Shown here: piece after piece, positions 53,998 to 64,000 of the stretch
How the letters are laid out: each line of letters opens with the position of its first letter
How positions within the stretch are numbered: the first letter of the stretch is position 1
DNA from: Octopus vulgaris
Lineage: Eukaryota
DNA: 64,000 nt
Direction of reading: 5' to 3'
NCBI GenBank assembly: GCA_951406725.2
Contig: OX597819.1
Coordinates: 52,762,001-52,826,000 of the forward strand
Program-made: the position numbers and the translations under genes
The notes under the pieces: model-generated
Told to the model about the DNA's origin: nothing
The model's input: the letters and a program-made list of their open reading frames with translations, nothing else
The model's database searches: none

Positions 53998-55820
53998 TAC
54001 AGCATGGATTTCCTTAGTTTTCATCTAAAAGGCATAGGTTGGCCTAAGGCTACAAAAGAAGATGCCCAATGTCCCACTCAAAAAGAGAGAACTTGAAACC
54101 ACATATTAAAGCAGAGACCTCAGTATCTACACAACCATTTCTAACATATTAGGCTTTTAGACTCCAGTGGAGAGGAGCCAAAGACGACAGTGTTGTTAAC
54201 TTGGTGAAGGCACATGGCTTAGTGTTTAGGGTGTTGCACTCACAATTGTAAAATCATGGTTTTTATTCCTAGACTGGATAGCATGTTGTCTTTTTGAGTA
54301 AAACACTTCATTTCATGTGGCTTCAGTTTGCTCAGCCTAACATCTCATTCAGGGTAGAGTATTGTAATCTCAGTCATGATGGAACTGAGTTCAGCTCCAG
54401 CATTATGAGACCTAGGATTCATGAAATAAAATTAGTGTCTTGGCTGTAGGGCAGCAACTGTAGCCAGTCCATCAACACATTCTTCTTTCTGTAGCCTCTT
54501 TCAGACAGTAAGAACCAGAAACACCAAGCATTTCATTTACACTCCACAGCAATAGAAGTTATTGATATTCTTATGCACCCATCTTTGCATCAATTGTTGC
54601 CAATGCAAAACTTCAAATGACTTTATGTTATCAAGTTTGTAAGGCCAACACTTTTAACTATTGAGCTACTTACAGCAACTGCAACAGTAACTAAATTCAC
54701 ATTCGCTAAAATAAATTACATTTTAAATAATGTAATGAAAGAGAGAAAAAGACAGAGAATGAGAAAGAGAGAGGTGAGGAAGGAAGGAGGGAGGGTGGAA
54801 GGAAGAGAGGGAAAGTCAATAACTTCAATGCAAAAATTAAAAACTGAAAGAAAATAAATAATAGAAATAAAAACAATGAAAAATAATTGCAGGAGACAAT
54901 TCTGTAAATCAATATGGAAGAAGGGCAAGAAAAGAGACTAAGAGAAAAAAAATTTTTTTTTTTAAAACTATAAAAGAAAGACAAAAGGTGGAGAAACAAA
55001 CAAAACAATAAAAAAGACCACTGCCAGCCTTCATTATTATAATATGGAAAGCAACACCAATTATGTACAACAGTTATCAGTTGATCTTTAATTCATCAGT
55101 TTATTTTAACTAGATGGCTATAAACAGTAACTTCTACAGCAGAATTCAGTTTCGACAAAAATATTTCCCATCCCAACACACCTATTGAGAAGAGATGCTG
55201 ATTAAGCAAGAACTCTATCCCCAGGAGTGTCAAAGGCAATCGGTCAGGTGGTATGACTTGAGAACACTTAGTTTTATTTCATCTCAATGCCCTACAAGAT
55301 ATGATATTACAGTGCTATATTTACTTTCTGTGGTGACTGGCAAATGACGATTGGTTAATCACTAGATTAAAATTGCTTCAATACTGGATAAATAAATCTG
55401 CTAACACATCATTCCCATTATTCCCATTCCAAACTCAATCTTCTCAACAACCCACACTCTCAGACACATACACACAAGCAATCATATAACAATATATACA
55501 AGGTATTATTGAGTATTAGGAGACAATATTAAGCCAAATCATTTCCAGTCCTGTTAGCTCAATTAATTTATGGTCATATCATATTCAAAACATCAATTCT
55601 CACTTGATCATTGGAGTTAAGCAATGTCAAGTCTAAGTGCTTGAGAAATCTTAATGTTGTGAGCATCTTTTACATCAGGTCAAGAAGACCTATTAGTCTT
55701 GTTTTGTTGGGGGCATGATTTAAATAAAAGTCAAGCCTATAGTGCTTAAATGGTTGAGTGCTTAAGAAAACTTAAGGTGCTATAATCATCTTTTACTTAG
55801 GACCAAGCAGACCCTTTATG

Positions 55821-55955
55821 TTAGTTAGTTAGTTAGTTAATTTGGCTCAAAAGCAAATAGCAAGGCCATGTAGGGGGACATGGAGTTAAGTACAGGGTGG
55901 TGTTCATGTAAAGAGTTCAGGCCACTTGAGGTCAAGGGAGGCTTTGAACAAAGTC
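55821..55955 (-). mobile_element. 5'-truncated CR1-group LINE 3' end with (TAAC)n tail
   Basis: Minus strand reads TLFKASLDLKWPELFT* (FKxxLDxxW motif), then a ~65-nt UTR and (taac)4. Confidence 0.7.
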
Positions 55956-56454
55956 ATGTCTTGTTGAGGGCATGACCTCTCTAGTACTTGTGACTTGTAG
56001 AAGTGTACCCAGAACTCTCTATAAAGTAGCTGGTGGTAAGAAGGACATCCAGCAGTAGAAACCATGCCAAAATGAAACAGACAAAAAAAGCATGATTCTC
56101 TGACCGTACCTATGAAGGCTGTAACTCAAGCAGAACTGATTTGAACCATGATGACTCATCCAACTCATGCCAACAGTGAAAGTGAATATAAAAATGATGC
56201 TAATGATGACGATGTCACATTTGATATTATAAGTTATCTCAGCTGGAGCTACTTTTTAATTCTGGTTGACCAGAATATACAAATAACTACAGAAACTTCA
56301 CCAATATGTTGCCAACATCTTCATTGAAATCTCCCTAATATGTTTTGCTTATTACCTCATCATAACTAAAACAATAACACTGCACCGTGCAAACACCTTC
56401 ACTGAACATGAACACAAAATACCTCACAATTGTATAAATCTAACAACACTGATG

Positions 56455-56501
<47 letters not shown>

Positions 56502-56896
56502 TGTTGTTACTTTCATTATTATTATTATTATTATTACTTTTCTTATTATTATTTTGTATTGTTCTTGCTGTTATTACTTGTCTTCTTATTACTACTGTTT
56601 TGTATTGTTCTTCAGGTAAATAGAGAAGTCTTCTACCTCCCATCATATTATATTTGTTTACCGTTTCCCATTATGAATCACTTTCTGATTGATGGAGCAA
56701 AATAACAGTTATAAATACATTGATGCATATTTGTGCACATGGATGTCTTCATGCTTGTGCATATGGCATATGTAAGTAAAATCCTTGTACACAAGCTGAA
56801 GTTTGGTTCAAGAGGTGATTGCAGCTGTTTGTTGTTTACGCATATAAAGGAGGAAATTGTTAAGGATAGAATTAATGACAAAAATATTTAAAACAA

Positions 56897-56943
<47 letters not shown>

Positions 56944-57309
56944 GACAACATAACATAAGAATCAAAATAAACAGATCAATGCTAGTCTAGCCTGACTGCA
57001 TATATGTATTAAATGTTGAAGTGTTATATGTTTAGCAAGTGCAATTCCTTTGTTACCACTATGTTGTTTACTACAGTGAAATCGTGGCTCAGTTATGAAA
57101 TCATGTGATGGTGCTGCAATACAATCTTATGCAATTTCTAAATAAGGATATTAAAAGAGCAAATACAAAAACCTGCAACATGTCAGTCGGCAAGAACTGT
57201 CTCATTCTCAATCTTCATCCATCTCAAAGACACTTCGAAATAGGGATAATAAAACTATTATTTAGTGGATTAACAGGATTATTAGTAAATCAGACAGAAA
57301 GGTCTACAA

Positions 57310-57690
57310 TATTCTTTCATTCCTTTACTTGTTTCAGTCATTAGACTGCGGCCATACTGGAGCAGTGCTCCAATGAATTTTAGTTGAATAACTCATCCCC
57401 CAGTACATTTTATTTTTTAAGCCCAGAACTTATTTTATTGATCTCTTTAGCTGAACTGCTAACTTACAGGGACATAAACATACCAACACGGGTTCTCAAG
57501 TGTGGGTGGGGGGGGACGCAAACACACACATAGATATACATATATATATGTATATACATATATACACACACAACAGGCTTCTTTCAGTTTCTGTCTACCA
57601 AATCCACTCACTAGGCTTTGGTTGGCTCAAGGGACTGAACCAGGGACCATGCAGTTGGAAAGTAAGCTTCTTACCACACAGCCACTCCTA
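57310..57690 (-). mobile_element. SINE family A
   Basis: tttacttgtttcagtcattagactgcggcc ... gggactgaaccagggaccatg ... cttaccacacagccactcc. Confidence 0.85.
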
Positions 57691-57759
57691 GTTACATTCC
57701 CTTACATCCTGAGCTCAAATCCTATGACAATTTTCTTTTCATCCTTCCATATATAGTTT

Positions 57760-58170
57760 GATATGCATGGTTAAAAAGTTCAGTTCCCAGCCATGGGGTT
57801 TCAAGTTTGGTTCCACTGTACAGCACTTTGGACAAGTGCCTTCTAACCCTCTCGTGTGCGCATGCATGCATGTGTGCACATGCATGCATGTGTGTGTGTG
57901 TGTGTGTGTGTGTGTACGTTTATGCTTCCTTCTCTTGACATTACACGGTAGTTGTAAATGAGTGACACTGTCATACAGGCAGTGTCATTCATTTTAAATC
58001 TTCCATGAAAACATGTCCGGTCACAAGGAAATATTACCTTGCTTGAAAAACAAGAGAAGGGTGGTGACAGAAAAGGTATCTGGTAATACAAAACCCTGCC
58101 TCAAAAATTCCATCTAATCCATGCAAGAAGAGAAAAGTGGATGTTAACAAGATGATGATGATGATGATGA
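57760..58170 (+). mobile_element. Composite SINE: family A-like head with family B-variant tail
   Basis: Head ...cagcactttggacaagtg, internal (TG)n, tail ccatgcaag...gatgttaa..gatgatgatg. Confidence 0.75.
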
Positions 58171-59236
58171 ATGAGGATAACAATAAGTGACTACATCCCT
58201 ACTCCCAAATTTGAGGCCTTGTGTCTATGAAATAAATCATTATTCTTATTATAAGGATGAGCAAACTGAATGAGAATTTCTTGAGGCTGTTTGGACAGAT
58301 TGTCCTTCTTACAGTTAAGTTTCAATTTATTCTTCGCATGTTCCAAACAAAAGAATTGTACACATTTTGTCTCATACCCCATGAACTGTGAATTGTTATT
58401 TCCCAGTGAAGTGAGTATTGTTGGGAAGAAGAATTGTCCAACACTGAGAAACACTGTTGCAGAAGCTTGTACTTTGAAAATAATGTCAGCTTATACTGAT
58501 ATAGCGAAAGAGGTGAAGTAGAGATAAAAAATAAAAATAATAAAAACAACAACAATAAAAATAGTAGATAGAGTGGGGCTAGCTAGATATGGAATAGTGT
58601 ATGTGTGTGTGCGGGGGGGGGGGGTTAAAAGAAAAGGAGTGATACTGACAAACAGACAGGAAGGCAGTTTGGCATGCAGACAGATGGAAAAAATCTTTAT
58701 ATTCTGAACTTTAGAAACAATGGATTTTCAAATAATGGTAGAATGAGCATTAATTCATTAAAGAGGAGTATTGAATAACTGAAGAAAGCTAAATAGACAA
58801 GATTTACAGAGCGGTTTCAACTAAGGAGGAACAACGAACAAACACAAATGAATTACAATATCAATCACTTAGAATAATAGAATTGTTTTAACAAATTATA
58901 GCAGAGAAATAAGATAACAAGAAAAACAAAACAAAAATAATAATAAAAATAATACTAATAATAATAAAATAAAAACACACAACAACACTTGATAAAACCA
59001 AAGTTGTTTTGAAAATTGAAAAGAAAATCAGAAGAGGAATAGAAAATAAATAAAGAATAAACCAAGAAAGCTATAGCCACACACACACACACACAAAAAG
59101 ACATGACTGAATCTTCACTTCTTTTATAGTCAACAAGACATAAAGAAATTAGCTTAAGTACAAACAAAAGTTCAATAATCTAAATACCAGCATCAGTAAA
59201 ACAATTAATAATAATAATAATAATAACAACAATAAC

Positions 59237-59286
<50 letters not shown>

Positions 59287-60555
59287 TAATAACAATAAAT
59301 ACATAAATATAATTTTTTTTTAAAAACCACCTAAGTCATACTAATTGATTTATTATTTATTTGCTTCATTGTGTAGTTCGCAATCACACCACATCTCACC
59401 CAATCTTCTGTAACTGGATAGCAGCAGCTATAAACTATAAAAATCTCTAAACAAGAAATGGTCTCTCAAAGACAAATACAAAACAGAAATAATAATAAAT
59501 AAAATGAAGAAAAAAATTCAGATAAATAAATAAATAAATGAACAAAATTTCTATTAAAATATACAAGAGTAATCTCCAGTAATACACATATACACACACA
59601 CGTGGTGATTATAGAGACAAACACGTACACATAGATACACTAACCCACAGATAAATACATGTAGAGAAAAATTCAAGTGTGTGTGTATGTTGTGGATTGG
59701 AGTGATGGAAATGGACAAGTGATGATGGTTGGTGATGGTTAGAGGAGTAAGTGGTGGTGATGGTGGCGACTGAGAAAAAGAATTTGCATTGAGAAGAATG
59801 TCTGGAAACAGTGGTAGGAACCAGTGGTGATTGAGACAATAAGAATGGAGCAGAGGGGCGGGGGTGAGGAATGGAAATGGAAAAGATATAGTAAGGGGGA
59901 GAAAAATAATAGAACAAGAGAATGAGAGGGAAGTAGAGAGAAAGAGCATGAACGAGAGAAAGGGGGAGAGAGAGAGAGAGGATGAGTGAAAGAGAAAGTA
60001 AGAAAGAAAGCAGGAGAGAGGTCATGAAAGAGAGGGAAAGGTCATGAGAGATAAAGGAGCCGAGAGAGAAAGAGAAGCAGAATGAGCAAGTGTGTGTATG
60101 TGTGTGTGTGTGTGGTCTGCTTGTAAGAAAGACAGAGATGGAAAGATAAGAATTGAGACACAGGGCGGGAATAGATATTGTGTAGTAGTGGTGGTGTTGG
60201 TGATAATGATTAAAGCAGGTAAAGACAGTATTGTATGCCTGCAAAGTGGGGTGGTAGGGTATGAAAAGAGGATGGGTGACAGTAAAATCAAAAACAAAAA
60301 TAAAAAAACAAAAACAAAGGAGAGCGTGGAGGTTTTTATTTTTGCATTATTCCTGAAATTTCAAGCTATTTCTGAAATTGTAGTTATTATATTTCAATTT
60401 TGAAATTCTTTGCAAAAGAATACATGGAAATTAATTCCCTTTTCCTTTTCTTTTTTTGTGTCTTTCTGTAATTGTAAGAGTTCTATGTGTTCCTTCAGAC
60501 AAACTTGCCATCTAAGAAATTACCAATATTCCATTTTATATTGCATTAACTAAAG

Positions 60556-60586
<31 letters not shown>

Positions 60587-60809
60587 TTCATTCATTAACT
60601 TAACATCCGTTTTGCCTTGCAAGAATGGGTTGTTTCAATGGAGAGTTAATTGAGGCAGGATTTTATACAGAGATGCTCCTCCAGTCACCAAACTTTCCCT
60701 CTTTTCATGTAAGGGAGTTTTTATTCCAGAAATCTTTGAAAGTGCAGAACAACTATTCAGAATCTCAATAAGAAGCATTCAAGCCATGACAAGCATATAA
60801 TATTCATAT

Positions 60810-60840
<31 letters not shown>

Positions 60841-61282
60841 ATTAGCTTCCTTCAGATTCCATCAACAAATTACCTCACAAGGCATTGGTGATTCCAGGGC
60901 TATCGTAAGGGACACAAGGTGCCACACTGGGACTGAATCTGAAACCATGTCACTCTGAAGCAAACTTCTTAACCACAAACCAAACCCCTCTGTGTGTGTG
61001 TGTGTGTGCGCGCGCACGCACACATGTGATGATTTTGCTTAGGAATAGTAATACTGATAACCAGTTGTATGAAATCAACATATACCTATGCTCTAGAGTA
61101 AAACATTAAACAAGTACAAAGTTTATTATTAATTAATGAATGACAGAGGAACAGAAATCACATAAAATTTTTAGCCTACAGCTTTTTCTGCTATAAAAAG
61201 TAGGACATCCAGAACTGAGTGCAAGTGAAACGTGCCATAGCTTTGTCAGAGACTATATACATATGTATATATATGCATGCAT

Positions 61283-61471
61283 ATTCTTTTACATGTTTCA
61301 ATCATCTGACTGCGGCCATGCTGGAGCTACTCCTTGATGGGATTTAAGTGAAACAAATCACTCTGAGGACATAACTTAAGCCTAGTACTTATTCCATCGG
61401 TCTTTCTACTGAACCACTAAGTTAAGGGGATAGCACCAGTTGTCAAGCAGTGATGGGGCAGGGGTACACAC

Positions 61472-61520
<49 letters not shown>

Positions 61521-61597
61521 CTACACATACACACACATATATATATACATATATATGTTATATATGTATGTGTATATATATATATATATATATAGTA

Positions 61598-61662
<65 letters not shown>

Positions 61663-62164
61663 GAGGATGTGTAAATCTCATGAAGGGATGGTTTCAACTA
61701 AAGAAATGCTGGTTCAATATTTTGGGGCAATGAATTTCCTTAAAATAATAGGTGTATATAAAAACATATAGCTTATATTCACTCAAAAGAAGAAAAGAAA
61801 ATGGAAATTGAGAAGTTAATAATTGTTTATTAACAACAAATTGGTCATCTTCCCTTACAGCTGTTTCAATGAATACTCAATAAACATTAAATTTACATTT
61901 ATGTGACATGAGCACAATATCATCAGATGGAAAAATATGTACATTTGGATGTTACATGTGTGCTTATGAATTCATTTTAGCAGACTCTGCTTAACGTAAA
62001 TTTAATGTTTATTGAGTGTTAATTGAAACAACTGTAAGTGACCAAATCTGAAGGCTTTGGTTGGACTGAGGCTATCATAGAAGATAATTGTCCAAGATGG
62101 CATGCAGTGGGATTGAACCCAGAACCAAGTGGTTGGGAAGCAAGCTTCTTACCACACAGCCACA

Positions 62165-62165
<1 letters not shown>
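61283..62165 (-). mobile_element. Family A SINE split at its internal (TA)n by an HHR-bearing element
   Basis: Tail at 61283-61470 and head at 62041-62165, separated by (TA)n and the 61656-62047 insert. Confidence 0.75.
61848..61934 (-). ncRNA. Type I hammerhead ribozyme motif with extended stem II (partly degenerate)
   Basis: Minus strand: ttttccat-CTGATGA-tattgtgctca...tgagtattcatt-GAAA-cagctg-TA^agggaaga; the base of stem II is mismatched. Confidence 0.65.
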
Positions 62166-62198
<33 letters not shown>

Positions 62199-62200
<2 letters not shown>

Positions 62201-62729
62201 CTACAAAATTAGAGAATGGAGAAACATACTTAAATCAATAAAACATCAACTATCCTATGATACCCAATCAATACTTTAATACACCATTACATATGAGTAG
62301 AGGCATTATACAAAAAGAGATATACATTAATAGTAAAAAGATAAAGAGATATAAGTAAAAAATTTTCAAATATAATATGCAATTAATCAAAACTGACAGC
62401 TGTTTCGGCAGTGAGGGCAGTCATACCTCATTTAACCTATAAGCCATAAAGGCAGGTATAAATGAGGCATTAACAAGGATGCCCCACGGCCTCTTCAGAG
62501 AATTAAATTAAATTTGTTATAATTGTGAAAAATATTATATAATCATATACATATAAATATAAAAATATAAAAATGTAAAATATAAAAACTTATACATCAT
62601 AATGCTACACCTATATAATATAATACACATTGGTACAATAAAGGAAGGTAAACAGAACAAAATAAAACAAAATATATATCAGTGTATATATTAATATTAA
62701 TAAGTACCGATATTATACATATTTGGCTA

Positions 62730-62767
<38 letters not shown>

Positions 62768-62858
62768 AACACATAGGGAGATGAAAAATAATAATTAAAA
62801 CCATGGTTCAGTTCATAAAATTCTAAAGCTATAAAAGTTAATAAAAATTACTATTAAT

Positions 62859-62910
<52 letters not shown>

Positions 62911-63537
62911 GATACAGTTAAGTTTGCACAAAGTCCATCCTTTCAAGAACGAAATAACTATGAGTTTAGAAATGCTGACCACTAGGTAAAGAAAATTTAG
63001 ATTAATTCGATTGGCTATTGGTTTGAAATTTAAATCACAAAAGAAAATTATACGGTTGGTTAGTCAAGGAACGCCAATATTCACACACGCATCTACAGAT
63101 CAATCGCACATACACACATAGTTATATGTATATACATACACTTATACGCATACATAATCACAAGCAACAACTAGCACATAGATAAACAAAAAGGGAAGCA
63201 ACTATGCTACCATTTAGTCCTTCAAAATTATAACTGTGCCTCAAATACCGAAAAAGAACCATCCATGCCTTTCATAAAATATTTAATTTAGATATAAATA
63301 TATTTTTAAATATCAGTATGTTACTAAGTCAGATAATTATTTCATGGGTAACTTAAAATTTATAACACCGGTTTGTTGCATAGTAAACATACGGTTGTTA
63401 GATTTATCGTAAGTTTGTTATGATTCCAAGTACGCTAAAATATAAAATAAAAAATATAAAAAATATATATTAATTTATATATTATAAATAAATCACATAT
63501 TTACTTAATAAATTTAATGCCATAAATATACCAGTTT

Positions 63538-63540
<3 letters not shown>
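62199..63540 (-). mobile_element. Putative non-coding HHR-bearing retroelement between two (TA)n tracts
   Basis: 3' end ttctctaattttg abuts (TA)n, with the HHR ~190 nt inside; the distal boundary is inferred only from the next (TA)n. Confidence 0.45.
62383..62506 (-). ncRNA. Type I hammerhead ribozyme motif with ~85-nt stem II
   Basis: Minus strand: ttaattct-CTGAAGA-ggc[long hairpin]gcc-GAAA-cagctg-TC^ag; intact core, G-C closing pair, GUC triplet. Confidence 0.8.
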
Positions 63541-63614
<74 letters not shown>

Positions 63615-63741
63615 TGCAAATAATATATAACACATATACTTGTGCGTGTATATCTAGATGAGTTTAAATGTAACTATAAAGTAGCAACTCTTTCAGGCAC
63701 ATTCAGTTAAAACCATATTTGCTAATATTATGATACATATT

Positions 63742-63965
63742 AAGGCAGCAATTTGGCAGAATCCTTCACACGCCAGGTAAAATACTTAACAGCATTTCAT
63801 CCATCTTGATGTTCTGAGTTGAAATTATGCTGAGGTCAACTTCACCTTTCATCCTTTTTGGGGTCAATAAAATAAGCACCAGTTGAACACTAGAGTGAAT
63901 GAAACTGACATATAACCTTCCCCAAAATTGCTGGCCTGGTGCAAGAATTTGAAACCTAATATTAC
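63742..63965 (+). mobile_element. SINE family D
   Basis: Matches 19910-20115. Confidence 0.85.
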
Positions 63966-64000
63966 TGATGCTTTTACTTAGGTCTCAACCAATTGGCATA

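Overview
AT-rich, microsatellite-saturated animal genomic DNA with no convincing host protein-coding gene: intergenic space or the inside of a very large intron. The ORF track consists almost entirely of translated simple repeats and SINEs. The interspersed-repeat repertoire matches what I recall from Octopus genomes (inference, not a database hit). It comprises tRNA-headed SINEs with internal (TA/TG)n, RTE-tailed bipartite SINE-like elements, TTAA-flanked piggyBac-like MITEs, mariner MITEs, and decayed RTE, CR1/Jockey, Hero and possibly R4 LINE fragments. The most notable signal is three type I hammerhead ribozyme (HHR) motifs at 37817-37855 (+), 61848-61934 (-) and 62383-62506 (-). They have the palindromic ACAGCTGT stem III typical of Penelope-like elements (one mismatch in the 37817 copy), and two have a greatly extended stem II. 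Each lies about 190-230 nt upstream of a shared 3' terminal motif that abuts a (TA)n microsatellite. This suggests a non-coding, microsatellite-anchored, retrozyme-like element family. Other structured elements include a four-way junction in a Hero-LINE 3' UTR, a 150-bp foldback, a GU-rich hairpin and several unique-sequence islands that look regulatory. Repeat boundaries were read by eye and are approximate (about 10-20 bp).
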